Assembly: GCF_021028975.2 (NCBI RefSeq) | Contig: NC_059433.1 | Span: 67,208,001-67,272,000, forward strand | DNA length: 64,000 nucleotides | From: Sphaerodactylus townsendi | Taxonomy: Eukaryota | Reading direction: 5' to 3' | Shown here: in pieces, positions 23,560 through 37,059 of the stretch | Layout of the letters: every line of letters starts with the position of its first letter | Numbering within the stretch: position 1 is the stretch's first letter | Made by a program: the position numbers and the translations under genes | The notes under the pieces: model-generated | The model's database searches: none | What the model saw: the letters and a program-made list of their open reading frames with translations, nothing else | Told to the model about the DNA's origin: nothing

Positions 23560-23879
23560 TACTAAATAGATGAGGGCTCATTCCGCACATGCAGAATAAT
23601 GCACTTTCAAACTGCTTTCAGTGCTCTTTGAAGCTGTGCGGAATGGCAAAATCCACTTGCAAATAGTTGTGAAAGTGGTTTGAAAACGCATTCATTTGCG
23701 TGTGCGGAAGGGGCCTATGTTTTTGGGATGGTTTGCCAATGCCTTCCCCAATCTTCTACACTTTATTCCCAACAAGCTGGGTACTCATTTTTCTGACCTT
23801 GGAAGGGTGGAAGGCTAGGTCAACCTTGAGCCAGCTACCTGAAACTGACTTCTGTCGGGATCAAACTGAGGTCATGAGC

Positions 23880-24322
23880 AGACATCTGCAGAAGGATATG
23901 ATTGAAGTCTATAAAATTAGGCACGGGATACAAAATGTCGACAGAGATACATTTCTCTCTCTTTCTCACAATACTAGAACCAGGGGGTATACACTGAAAA
24001 TGCTGGGGGGAAGAATTAGGACTAAACAAAGGAAACATTTCTTCACGCAGCATGTAATCGGTGTTTAGAATATGCTGCTGCAGGAGGCTTGGGCAGATTT
24101 ATGGAGGAGAAGTCAATCTATGGCTACCAATCTTGATCCTCCTTGACCTGAGGTTGCAAATGCCTTAGCAGACCAGGTGCTCAGGAGCAGCAGCAGCAGC
24201 AGGCCGTTGCTTTCACATCCTGCATGTGAGCTCCCAAAGGCACCTGGTGGGCCACTGCGAGTAGCAGAGTGCTGGACAAGATGGACTCTGGTCTGATCCG
24301 GCAGGCTCTTTCTTATGTTCTT
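23880..24322 (+). mobile_element. CR1 LINE 3' end
   Basis: DMIEVYKI...TRTRG...RKHFFTQ.V ORF2 C-terminus plus TTCTTATG tail; relative at 57754-58010. Confidence 0.85.
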
Positions 24323-24659
24323 AGAGCTTTGACTGCAGGACTGCAGCTTACCACTCTGCACTACAGAGCCATTTATATATACTTTGCTGGTTGCAGTTTC
24401 TCCAACATTTTGTCATGTTTATATGACTTACAGCCTCATTTGGACACCCGGTACAGGTGAGCCTGGGGTGCCAGAGGTGGGCCATGCCACCTCTAATGAA
24501 CTTCCCTGATGGCATGGGGAAGGGAGAAACTCAAAAACCCTCCTCACTGTTGAGACTCCCGCAATGAAGCTCTATGCACTTAAACCACCAAAAAGTACAG
24601 GGCTGAGGCAATGGTGCAACTGGCACCAAACCTGGGGTGGAAGTCAAGAAACACCGTTC

Positions 24660-26340
24660 CCACGAGGAAAAAAAGTAAAAAGGAGAAAAAATGAAATTGC
24701 CCAAAACTTTTTTTGATTTGTTAGACAATCTTCAATTGAAAGACATCAGGAGAGAAAAATGGGGTAGAAGTCGAGACTACACCATTTTTTCTAATAGGTG
24801 TAGAATAGTTTAAAGAATAGATATGGTGTTGGCAACCAAACAATTTTTATTCAAAACACAGGATATTTCAAATTTACCAAGGCTGGTCTCTGATCATAAT
24901 CCCATAAAGTGGACAATAGCAGTAACACCGCAATTAAATTTCTGGAAACGAAAAGATTGGCTATTAGACAACCCAAAAATAATTTATGAATGTAAAGAGC
25001 CCCTAGGGGATGGGGCGGTCTAAAAATCTGAAAAATAAATAAATAAATAAATAAATAAAATTGAAAGAATATTTCCATTTTAATGATGATTTGGTAAAGA
25101 TGTAAATATAATATGGGATGCGCATAAAGCCTACATGAGGGGAATAATTAGACATGAAGAGATTAAGGTAGGGAAAATCAGAAAAAAGGAGCAAGAACTA
25201 TTAACAAAGGAACTTACCTTGCTGGAACAGGAAGAGGAGGATCACCCTAAAAATAAACAAATAAGAAACAGAATTAAAATTCTTAAAAATACCATTCATG
25301 GAAAATGGCAGGAAGAGGCAATAGGCAAATTAAGAAGATATAAGCAAAGGAACTTTTACAATGCAAAAAAATATAGGTAAATGGGTCACAATGCAACTAA
25401 GATGCAAAAAGGAACAGAGGACAGTAACTAAGGCCATTTCCACACGGCCACGCTGGGGGTTGGGTCGGTGTACATGACGTCGACCCAACCCCGCCCAAGA
25501 CCGTTCGCATGAATGGTCCCGGTTGTGACAGGAACGGTCCCAGTTGCCTCCGCACAGGCTGCACCGTCCCCCAAACACCGTACCATGTCCTCCGGCCTCT
25601 GGCATGTCACACAGGCCAGGTAACACGCCCCCTTGCCCTGCGCGAAAGCTCGGAAGTTGCAGGGCAGGGAGCGTGTCCCCTGGCCTGTGCAACACGCTGG
25701 AGGCCAGAGGACACGTTACGGCATTTGGGAAAGGGGAGGGGGAATGGCGCCTTCCAGCTGCTGCCGTTCGCACGGCAGTGGCTGGAAGCCGCTGTTTCCC
25801 AAAAATCTCGCTTGGGAAGCAAGGTTGGGAAACAGCGGCTTCACACCGCTAGGGAGGCATGAGGGCGGCGCAGCTGTGATGCAGCTGCGCCCCCCATGCG
25901 AACAGCTCCCTAGGTAAGGCGTTTTTGCCATCCCCAGGGCGCTGTAAAAGGCCCGTGCGGAAAGGGCCTAAGTTAAAAGAAGGAGATCAGTTGATAACAA
26001 CACCTCTACAAATACAAAAAAACTTATAGAGTATTATTCAAAAATATATAAATAAACAAAATCAAAGGATGCAACCCTTGAATAATATATTGATGATATA
26101 AAAAGTGAAATAGGACAGGATCATTTAGAGTGCTTAAATAGGCCAATCACTTCAGAAGGGATTCAACAAGCAATAAATGGAGGAAAAACCAATAAATCTC
26201 CTAGACCAGATGAATTTATAGCTAAATATTATAAAAGTCTACAAGAAACATTAATATCAACACTGAAGCAAGTATGTAACAACATTCTAATTTCCGCAAA
26301 AATACCAGAATCATGGAACCAAGCTATAATTACACTGAAC
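24660..26340 (+). mobile_element. L1 ORF2 fragment (endonuclease C-terminus to pre-RT region), degenerate
   Basis: RIDM...SDHNP endonuclease motifs; LNRPIT...KSPRPD...YYK...PESWNQAIITL. Confidence 0.85.
25432..25968 (+). mobile_element. Harbinger-type element nested in L1
   Basis: TIRs with canonical TAA TSD on both sides. Confidence 0.85.
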
Positions 26341-27379
26341 ATCTAAAGAAACTGATATTTGAAAGTTAATCTTGACTGGACCTCATTTAATATTAATTAT
26401 CCACTTTCTCCTTAGGATGAAGATAGGAAATACATGTTTACCAGACCAATTCAATGCTTTCTACTGCTGAAGGGGTCACAAGAATGATTGTACAAATTGG
26501 CAGTTGAAGCATGCTCTAGATCAAAAGATCATGATCTAGATGGGAAGGAAACATGATAAAGCTCATTTTGTTCTTTTATAAAATTAGAACATAATTTTAA
26601 ACCAGGAAGAACTAGTGATGAAGGAAAGAATTATTGGCTCACTTAGATGTACAATGAAAAAGGATGACTTCTCACAAACATATTCTGAAGAGGAAGAGAT
26701 AGGAAGATGATGCATTGTTTGGTCAGTCACAATAATCCAGAATCTTCTAGACACACATGATGAAGCTACATGTGGGTCAGGAAAGGGAAGAGACTAGAAA
26801 ATGCTAAGAATTGAAGAATGGGTGATGTTTATTAACTCCCGTAGAATCTCTAGGCAGTTACTTGGAAGATAGTAGACATTTGCATGGCCTGATTATTTGT
26901 ATCCCCTTTTCCAAATGTGTGAAGTCAGGCTCTTTGGAAAAGTCCGAGCCTATCAAGGTGGGGGGGAAGGTGTACACTGCCATGACCCCAGGCATAACAT
27001 GGCCCCCAATTTCAAAGTGGTGGGGCTCTGTCCTGTTCCTCTCCATTCCTCTCCAGGCTGCTCCAGGGCTTGCAACACCTCAACAGAGCACAAGACCGGG
27101 AGGTGGGAAAAGAGGGGCACATCAGGCATTCCCTGAAAAGCCATTAATGGTCACCAACTCCAAAACTCTTCTCCCCCTATATTTGGTATGCATCCAGGAA
27201 TTCCCTCCCATCAAGTTCTTGTGTGCCCCAAAGCCTATCATGGCCCACCACTGTCAATAGGCAAGTGTGGAGAGTAAGAAGGTGATGACAAGGAGTCGGA
27301 AGGTCCTGCAGGTAGAAGAACGGAGGGTGACTTGGCCAGGGGAAGGAGGGAGGTCATTACATGGCCAGGGGGAGGTTAC

Positions 27380-27464
27380 CTGGGGGGTCAATGTCTCCCG
27401 CTGCACAGAACTTGACATCTTTGAACATCTCCTCAGAAACCTTTAACTCCTCTTTGCTTGCCAT
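27380..27464 (-). pseudogene. PAXIP1: PAXIP1 exon 1 duplicate, copy 3
   Basis: MASKEELKVSEEMFKDVKFCAAGDIDP with a 6-nt deletion and a +1 C before the intact donor GTAACC. Confidence 0.8.
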
Positions 27465-28184
27465 AATCTTGCCCAATCCACACCCAGAGCTTCTGCCTTA
27501 ACAAGGGTTGTGACTTCTCCCTGAGGCCCGGAGTCTCCCTCTTTCATCTCCTCACCACCTAACAGTAGCCTAATCCGGTGAATGGGGACCACACTGCCGA
27601 ACAAGCCATCTTTTCCATGAAATGGAGCCTTCCCCACCTCCTGCCACCACCCCCTCTCTGCCCTACACCCGAGACACATGACCCCCTCCACCCCGCCCCA
27701 CATGTGGCCCTGGTCCCTCTGTCAGATACCCTAGGTTTTCTGCTCCATGCAGCTGAATACGGTACCTTTCCTGAAGATAGTTTCAGAAGGTAGCTGTGCT
27801 GAGTGGAAGAAGGCAATTGGCCAGTGTCCTGTGCTGGAATGGCAGTGGACTCTCAGATGGACTTCTCCAGTCCCAACAGTGAGGAGCCAATTCCTCCAAG
27901 CTCAGCTCAAGTTGTATCAGAGATCGCTCTCTTAGCTTGTCATATGAGAAAACGTTCTTATCTTGGATGACAAGATAGACTTCAACGGAAGGAGGAGGAT
28001 ACTTTTGCACTGTCGGGTCTATGTCCTAAAAAGGCAGAGTTGGACTGGATTTGGTGGGAAATATTTCTTTATTTCAGAAAGCGTCTGCCTTTGCATTCCC
28101 GTGCTCAGTTACCTCCAACTGCATTGCCAGGTGAAGTAAAAGGGCCTCCAAAATGTCTGAAGCCTCCGATAGAAAATAAATCTT

Positions 28185-28764
28185 TATGAGAACCAATTAT
28201 TTCTCATAAATAATCGGTCATCAGAATTCTATCAACAAATCTGGCAGCCATGGTCAGACTACGTTTCTGCTACTTAAAACCTCAAATAAGCAGGAACAGA
28301 ATTAAAAGTTTCTTTTTTTTAATGTCACATAAGATAATTTATCAATCTTTTTTCTAAATGCAGCTATTGTAATAATATTATTCTTTCAGTATGTAACTGG
28401 ACTAAATGAAATCTACCGTTCGCTATTTGGAAATAAGATCGTAGGAGTGGAACCCAAAGGGAGGGGGAGGAGGGGGGAACGATGGGCGAGGGGGGGTAAC
28501 AAGGGGAAGGGATAAGAGGGGAAGTGTTGTGGGTACCTTTAATTTTTTTTGTTTAGTTAGACCAAAGTGTTGGTACGAGAAATTTATTTGGAGTAATTAC
28601 CTGCGTGCATATTTAATGTGAAGAAACAAACAATTATGTATAAGAGACTTCCGCCTCTTACTTATTATTTGCTTCTGTATAAGAGACTTCCGCCTCTTAC
28701 TTATTATTTTTTAAAAATGCAATAAAATATCATTAAAATATCATTAAAATATCATTAAAAAAAT
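28185..28764 (+). mobile_element. 5'-truncated L1 3' end (duplicate at 11943-12484)
   Basis: FYQQIWQPWSDY C-terminal motif, G-rich UTR, AATAAA, A-rich tail, 12-bp TSD AAAATAAATCTT; empty site at ~6775. Confidence 0.7.
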
Positions 28765-31562
28765 AAAATAAATCTTGAAAAAAGTTGGAGAGTAGGGTGG
28801 TCAGCTCCAGGTGGGGAAGTTTGTGGAGATTTGGGATGGCGACTGCGGAGGGTGGGATTTGGGGTGGCAAGGCAGCCCAGCAGAGCATCTTACGACAGAG
28901 CAGGGTCGGAGCAAGGGAGAATGACGCCTGGGGCGTGAGCACATCCTGCACCACTGCTGGGGCGCTGCCCGTCCCAGCCACACCCCAGAACACCCGCTAT
29001 GCCCCCAGAATGTCCTGGCTACACCCCTTCTGAGTTGTGCACCCAAGGCGTCATGCACCACCCCGCCCCCTTGGCACTACATCACTGCTGTAGAGTTCAC
29101 TGTCCAAAGCAGCCATTTTGTCAGGAGAACTCATCTCTGCAGCTGGGAGATCAGTTGTCATGGCAGCATTGTGACGGCTTTTGTTCTTGATACTGGCCAA
29201 AGCCGAGATAAAAAATAAGGAAAACTTTGGGTTTTCGTCAGTCTGCTTTAAACCATGTTTTCTTCTTCTCAGTTTCGCTTCACCCCAATAACAACTGGAG
29301 CCATGATTCTTCCTCTTTCGGCATTGTTTCTCATGTTTATTTCCCTCGTAGTTACATACAAGATAATGAATAAGTGATATACATCATAACTTTAAATTGC
29401 AATATATGTACTCAATACAAGCAAATCTGCAGAGCTGTTTTTAAAAGCAAAGCCTTTGGCAATAAATTTGAACATAGAGAAAAAGAAAGTCTGTACTGGA
29501 TCATTTCTTCATCCATAATTCACAGTTTAAGCAAAATAAAGTGGGAAAGTGGATCATTTCAGATTTCAAATTAGGACAGTTTATCAATGAGCCCTCATAC
29601 ATACAAAAAATTTCTCAATTAAGAAGAAAAAGAGTTTGGATTTATATCCCCCCTTTCTCTCCTGTAGGAGACTCAAAGGGGCTTACAATCTCCTTGCCCT
29701 TCCCCCCTCACAACATAAGAACATAAGAACATAAGAACAAGCCAGCTGGATCAGACCAAAGTCCATCTAGTCCAGCTCTCTGCTACTCGCAGTGGCCCAC
29801 CAGGTGCCTTTGGGAGCTCACATGTAGGATGTGAATGCAATGGCCTTCTGCGGCTGTTGCTCCCGATCACCTGGTCTGTTAAGGCATTTGCAATCTCAGA
29901 TCAAGGAGGATCAAGATTGGTAGCCATAAATCGACTTCTCCTCCATACATCTGTCCAAGCCCCTTTTAAAGCAAACAAACACCCTGTGAGGTGGGTGGGG
30001 CTGAGAGAGCTCCGCAAAGCTGTGACTAGCCCAAGGTCACCCAGCTGGCGTGCATGTGCATAGGAGTATAATTCTGTTTATATGGAAAATGAACATATTG
30101 TGGAGAAAAAGGAGTCACCCTGCCACCAGTTGTCAGTTTGCACTTGGACAAAGAAGATGAATAAGAGTTTATATTTATACCTTGATTTTCTCAACCATAA
30201 GGAGTCTCAAAATGGCTTACAAACTCCTTCCCTGTGAGGTAGGTGGGGCTGAGAGAGATTTGTGAGAACTGTGACTATGCAAGGTCACCCAGCAGGCTTC
30301 ACATGGAGGAGTGGGGAAACAAATCCTGTTCACCAGTGAAGAGTCTGCTGCTGATGTACAGGAGTGGGGAGTCAAACCCAATTGTCCAGATTGGGGTCTA
30401 CCTGCACTTAACTGCTACATCACACTGGCTCTCATAGCCATGTGAGCCACTCAAGGCAGGAGTATGAAGTAAGATCTGTCCCCTTTCCAAGACTTTTTAT
30501 TATCTGCCTTTTGATACTTATCAAAATCATCACCCTTTCCCCCCTCCCCAAATTCTGACCTATTCCAGACTTTTACCCTCACCTCTTTCTAAATCCTAGG
30601 ACTGTGAATTCACTGTGTGCTATGATAATTTGTGTCCTTGTATGTTTATTATTTTACCTCTTCTAATAATATTGTTAAATGTTTAGTCTGGATTCCTGTG
30701 GATTGATTGCAAAAACCCTCCTTTGAAAACTCTGGTGGAAAAAATCTTATAATGGTTGCCCACTTCTCATATAGCAATGCGTGTCCCTGCTAATTCCTCC
30801 ACTCTAAAAGGGGCAGACCCCAGCATTTTGAGCAACACAATGACCTGTATTTGCCTACTCGTCTGTTCGTCAGTGAGAAGAAATAGAGCAATGGTGGATA
30901 AAGCTCAGGCACACCTGGTGTTCGGAGGGATTGACTAGTGTTATTTTTACATTGATATATATATCAATGATATATATTGAGAAATGATATATATTGAGAA
31001 ATGAAAAGGTAAAGAAGATCTAAAGATATACAGGAGGGGGAAATCATAGGTAACAAAAATGATCCAGCAGGACAAGAAGCGGAAAGGGGTTGGCAACACT
31101 GAGGGGGGCAAGGGGGAAGGCAGGCAGAGCAGCGCGTGGCAGTGGGAGGGGTGAGGCTTGATAGGCTGGCTGTGGGCAGAGGGAAGGGGTCTGGAGCAAA
31201 GCTGTGCTCACTGGCAAATCTGTCCCTCTCTGGCGGCAAAAAAAATTGTAATCATGCTACAAGTGATCTTGCTTGCTGCAGAGAGATTGGAAAGGAAAAG
31301 TGTGGCTTGAAGAATTACATCCATACAAGAAATCTTGCTGTAACAGACATTTGGACCCATTGCATTGAAGACATCTTGTGCATTATGGGCCAAGATAAGA
31401 GGTGGCTGGCCTTTTCCGGCCTCTGTTCAGTGACACGGGATTTCAGGATTTCATGAGGTTCTTCAATATTAACCACAGCCTCACTGGCTTCCAAGATCTG
31501 ATATGAATACTCTGTGTGTGTGTGTGCGCGCGCGCACATGCATGTATATCCTCATACACAAA

Positions 31563-32597
31563 TTAGACCTGGGTTTCAGCTTCTTTCCCTCTGCAGTTTT
31601 CCTCATCCTTGAATATCCTCTGGAGGGCAACTTTCATCGAGAGCCTAGATCTGCTCTTCTTGTCTCTTCCCACTAAGAAATAGATTAAGGGGTTAACACT
31701 GCAGTTTAGAATTGTACATGCAAAAACAACCATCACCGGAATTACAATCTGATGTGCCTTGGATGAAACAGTAGGAATCACTGTGGAACTTAGTTCTGAA
31801 TAACCAAGGTCTGCACTAAACATTAATTCCCCATCAAAGTCATCCAAAAGGTCATAGTATGTGAAGACAGTCAAATAATTCACAGGGAAACCAAAGATGA
31901 GAAAGAAGAAAAGCGCAAGGAAAATTGTCGTTAATAGTTTCCCCCGCTTATGTTGCTGGGATTTAAGGCAGATTTTGACAAACAAAATGACAGCAGAGAG
32001 AGCCATGAGTGGGGTACAAATGACAACATTCACAATAAATAGGAGCCATGTAAATTGCTTTACAAATATGAGAAGGATGTCTAATCCACTAAGTAGAAAG
32101 GAGAGGACCCACATGAAGACACACACCGTTCTGGACAGGTGTGGTCGCCGGTGGCATCGATGCCAAACTGGGAAGAGGACCGCCACGCACCTGTCAGCAC
32201 TGATGGCCGTCAGGAGAAACTGGTCAGTGTTATAAAATAATGAGACCACATAAGCAAATATGTAATATTTCAGAGGAGAAACAGCTTCATGATAAAGGAC
32301 TGCAATGATAAACTCATATACCACATATATACATTCCAAAATGCTGAGTATGAGGACCCCAATATCAGCAATTGCCAAGTTCAGGATGTAGGTTGTGAAA
32401 GGAGTCCTCTTCATGTGGAAGGCAAGAAGCCAGACGACGGTCCCATTCCCCACAATTCCAATGCAAGTTAGAAATAGGAGGATAGAGAAAACAATGAAAA
32501 TTGGTATAAAAGGTTCTTGGATCTTTTGTGAGTCGCCTGTTGAGATATTAAAGTTATATTCAGTAATATTCATAACGTTTTGAGTCTTCATCCTCAT
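31563..32597 (-). CDS. MAS-related GPCR, type B, copy B2 (~344 aa)
   Basis: Near-identical to B1 at offset 16282. One-codon deletion in TM1 (CI-GIVG). First ATG at 32597. Confidence 0.94.
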   Translation of the reverse strand: MRMKTQNVMNITEYNFNISTGDSQKIQEPFIPIFIVFSILLFLTCIGIVGNGTVVWLLAFHMKRTPFTTYILNLAIADIGVLILSILECIYVVYEFIIAVLYHEAVSPLKYYIFAYVVSLFYNTDQFLLTAISADRCVAVLFPVWHRCHRRPHLSRTVCVFMWVLSFLLSGLDILLIFVKQFTWLLFIVNVVICTPLMALSAVILFVKICLKSQQHKRGKLLTTIFLALFFFLIFGFPVNYLTVFTYYDLLDDFDGELMFSADLGYSELSSTVIPTVSSKAHQIVIPVMVVFACTILNCSVNPLIYFLVGRDKKSRSRLSMKVALQRIFKDEENCRGKEAETQV

Positions 32598-35500
32598 AGA
32601 AATCAAATTTCAGTCTTTGAATTAACCACCACGGCTGCCAGGTCCGAAATTTTGTATTTTCTCATCTATCTGCTTTTTCTTGGATAAAACAGACATATGC
32701 CAATTCAGTTCATGCTGCAGGACTGAACATGGGACATTTCTAAACTTGTATCACCTGAGCCATGCATGAAACCCACACGACAGTCTGTTAATACGGATGT
32801 ACCTTACTTAATATAAAACGACTACAGCTGTTTCATTATCAAGGTTTCCCATAAGGTGGATGAGCAGTGTTGCCTTTGAGACCCCTGAAAGAAAAAGAAA
32901 AGGCAAACTCATTCAAACTAGGCAACAATACCACACCAAAGTGTAAAGAACAACAGCAGCATGCAGTCTGCTATTGCATATTTTCAATGCCAGATGAAAT
33001 ATATGCATAATAATAATAAGAAGAGTTTGGATTTATATCCCCCCTTTCTCTCCTGTAGGAGACTCAAAGGGGCTGACAATCTCCTTGCCCTTCCCCCCTC
33101 ACAACAAACACCCTGTGAGGCGGGTGGGTCTGAGAGAGCTCAGAAGAACTGTGACTAGCCCAAGGTCACCCAGCCGGCATGTGTGGGAGTGGACAGGCTA
33201 ATCTGAATTCCCCAGATAAGCCTCCACAGCTCAGGCGGCAGAGCTGGGAATCAAACCCAGTTCCTGCAGATTAGATACACGAGCTCTTAACCTCCTACTC
33301 CAAACAAGCGCATAAAGGAATGGTTGTTTTCCCAGGACATTTTTAGCTAAGAGTCATTGCAAGGTAGACTGAGCAGAAACATATTTTTTTCTTAGTCAGT
33401 CCCTCTACGTCACCCATAATTATTGTTTCAGATCACATGCCATTCTTTTCTTCTTCATTTTCAGGAAACATTATCATACTTTTTTTTAATAAACAAATCC
33501 CTTTCTACCAAAGGTTAGCCATTTACCAACATGATATGAATAACTGAGGTGTGACCATAAGTTTGGACCACCTGAACCAAACTTCACCAAACCTGGGTGG
33601 TATCATCAGGAGAGTCTCCTGAAGATACCCTGAAAGTTTGATGCTGCTAGCTTAACAATTGCACCCCTGACAGCAGGCACCCTCCAAATTTCCCCAGATT
33701 CTCCTTTTAAATCCACTCCTTTGGTATGGCCTCTAAGGCATAGGTTTGCATTTCAAGTTGCTTGAAAACGGATCTTTTAAAACTTGGATTTTTGCTACCA
33801 AAGGGAGAATCTGAGGTCCCCAGTTTAAACATTGAAAGTGATGCTGTTTCGGGGTGGGGGATAATCTCCAATTTAGAGTCCACTGCTCTCAACCACTACA
33901 CCAGGACAAGGAGACAGAACGTGTTGTGACGATAAAGAATCTATCGATTCAATTTACTTGATGGAGAAGCAAAATTGAAAAAAACAAATAAGAGAAATTC
34001 CAAACCCTCCTTGTAGTAAAGGTTGCCTTTCTAGAAGCCATGGACGAGAAGTGTGTGTGGGGCAAGATGCCAAGAAGAATTCACTAAGCATGCATTTCAT
34101 GCAGAGGATAACCTACTTTCTTCTGATCCAAAGTTTTCCCAATTGAAGACAAGGAGCTTACGGTTCTTCTTCAGAACTTCAGGGTCACCGATGTCAGATG
34201 TCTTCTTGGGATTGCAGTGAATTTGTCCAGCTAGCATGGAGTGTCAAATGCAGTGCAGAAAATGCCCGAGAAGTAGTTTATATAGACCAGCAAGGGTGGG
34301 GCACGGGCCATATATGAGGAGGTCACTTCCTACCAGTCCATTAGCCAGATAGGCCATTAGCCATGGGAAAAGCTCCATTACTCTCCCCAGCTGCTTTTGC
34401 AGACTCCAAAGTGTGGAAGAAATTGTTTTGAAAAGATGGAGTCTCAAGAGCAACTCGCTCTGCATATTCCGGAAAACTTGTGGGGCCTCTAAGGCATAGG
34501 TTTGCATTCCAAGTTGCTTGAAAATGGATCTTGGATTTTTGCTACCAAAGGGAAATTATTTCACAGCATCCCTTTTATCGCATATCATCTTTAATCTTAC
34601 ATAATGTCAAAAAAACCTTTCCCCGGTGCTCATCCACTTAGCCTCCGGTTGGTGGAGCAGGCATTTTGTACTCTTTCTGATCATAACCATAATAAGACAA
34701 TAACTAAGAAGATCCTATATAATGGATCTTCAATTATTGTGTAGTAGCATCAGTTATGGGAAACTATCAAGGATCTCAAAACAGATTAACTTGTAAGGAT
34801 GGGTTGCTGGACACCAAGATCCACATAATTCATAATGTAATATTCCCCATGGCAAACCAGCATGGTTGGATCTGGGAAACCCAAGTTTGAATCTGCACTC
34901 TGCCGTGGAAGCTTTCTGGGTGACTTTGGGCCAGTCACACACTGGCAGCCTTGATCCCAGCAAGTATTTGGATGGGAGATTTCCATGGAATACTAGGGGT
35001 GTGACGGAGGGCTGGCAATTGCAACCCCCTCTGAATGTCTCTCTCCTTGAACACCTCTCTTGATTTAACCTGGGAGCTTCTTTCTGACTCCACACTTGTG
35101 CTGCTGTGGTGGGGGGGCAGATTAAAAAACCCCTTGGGATTATGCAGAAACAGAGGCCCTTTGCACACTGCGGGAAGGGCGCCCCTGCACCAGCAGGAAT
35201 TCTGCCGGTGGAGGGGTGGGGGCCATTCGCACGGGAGCGTGCGAGCGGCCCCCGCAGAGGCCGGCGCGGGAGAGGCGGCTCCACATGGAGCCGCCGCTTC
35301 CCCGTTCCCCCCCCCCACTCACCTCGTCGCCTTCGTCGCTCTGCTGGACTCCTAAGACCCGCCCATGCTGCCCTCCGACCCCAGGGGTCGGAGGACAGCG
35401 AGGGAAGGTCCCAGCAGTCCAGTAGAGCAACGAAGGCGACGAGGTGAGTGGGAGAGGGATGGGAAAAACAGCGGGAACGTGCGGAATGGCAAAATCCACT

Positions 35501-37059
35501 TGCAAACAGTTGTGAAAGTGGTTTGAAAATGCATTATTTTGCATGTGCAGAGGCCGGCGCAGGAGAGGCGGTTCCACATGGAGCCTCTTCCCCGTCCCTC
35601 TCCCACTTACCTCGTCGCTGTCGTCGCCCTGCTGGCCTCCTAAGCCCCGCCCACGCTGCCCTCCGACCTCCAGGGGTCGGAGGACAGCGAGGGAGGGTCT
35701 TAGGAGGACAGCAGGGCGACGACGGCGACGAGGTAAGTGGGAGAGGGACGGGGAAACAGCGTGTTCCCGGCGGTGCTGTTCGCACCGCGCCGCCGGGAAC
35801 ACGCTGTTTACTCAAAAACTACCCTTTAAACGGGTGTTTTTGAGGGCGGCCTGACACCGCCCTGAGGGAGGGGAAGGGGAGCCAGGTCGGCGCTGCTGCG
35901 TTTCAGCAGCGCCGCCTGTGCGAACGGCGGCCTGGGGACGGCGTTTTTGCCGTCCCCAGGCAGCCGTTTTTGGCCCGTGCAGAAAGGGCCTATGTTTCAT
36001 GTCATACAATACCCTGAGCCCATTTGAAGAGGGGCATCTCATAAATCAAATGAGTAAAGGAATAAAATAAATAATAAATCGTTCTTCTACTGTGAACCAA
36101 CATGGTTCCCCCCTTGGAACTCAATAGGGGATTGCAAATGATCAACTTGAGAACCAACAGCTTTCTTTCTATTTTTCTGTGAAACGACATGACAAGAGAA
36201 TTGGTAGCCAGGTATCTTATGCAACTGTTTATTTGCACTGGAGAAAATGGCATCAACAAGCTATTCGACAGGAAATTCTTAACATACAGCAGATGTTCAA
36301 GGAATGTGCAGTCCAGCATTTTATTAGTATTTTCTGGTTACTTGTTGTATATATTACAAAAGGAGTAAGAGGTGTGTAGCATATGAACCTTTCAGAAAAA
36401 GATTAAATGTGCAATTCCACACTTGCTTTCTTGGGAGAAAGCTCCACTGAACTTCACCAGCAAACACACATAGGATGTTTGCTGCTTAAATCAGGAAGGT
36501 AAAATCCTGCTTGATCAACATGCATAAAATTTGCTCTGTAGATACCAAGTCTATCTCTCTAATTTTCCTCAGGACTACAGCTACCTGGTTGTATGCTCAG
36601 AAAACTATATTTCCCAGGGTCTCAATGTGCAATGTAACCCACAAAGAGAAGGACCGAAATCTGGTTCTGATCAAGATGATGTTTCTAGGGGTGTTGATGA
36701 ATGAATTGAAGTAGGAGTGTATGACTTGGTTGTGCTGGTGCTGAGAACAACTGCCAAAGAAGGGAATGCTAAAAGAATTCCTTCTTGTTTCTCTTGTTTT
36801 GCCTTGGTGAGAGGAAAAAATCTGGATCCTAGGAGTTTATGTTAAGGATAAAAGAGCATAATATTGTGTTAAGGCCTTCTTCTAGGTTGCAGATGTTATG
36901 CAATGATATCAGGAACTGTCTGGAGACAGAGAGTTCATTTAAAATCTTTGGTATAGAATATGTCATACCCCTACAGCTTTTCCTTATGTGGTCTAGAAAT
37001 ACAATGAAATCTTCCTGTGACCAAGCTTTTGGCCCTTGGAGTGGCATCACATCTGGGTT

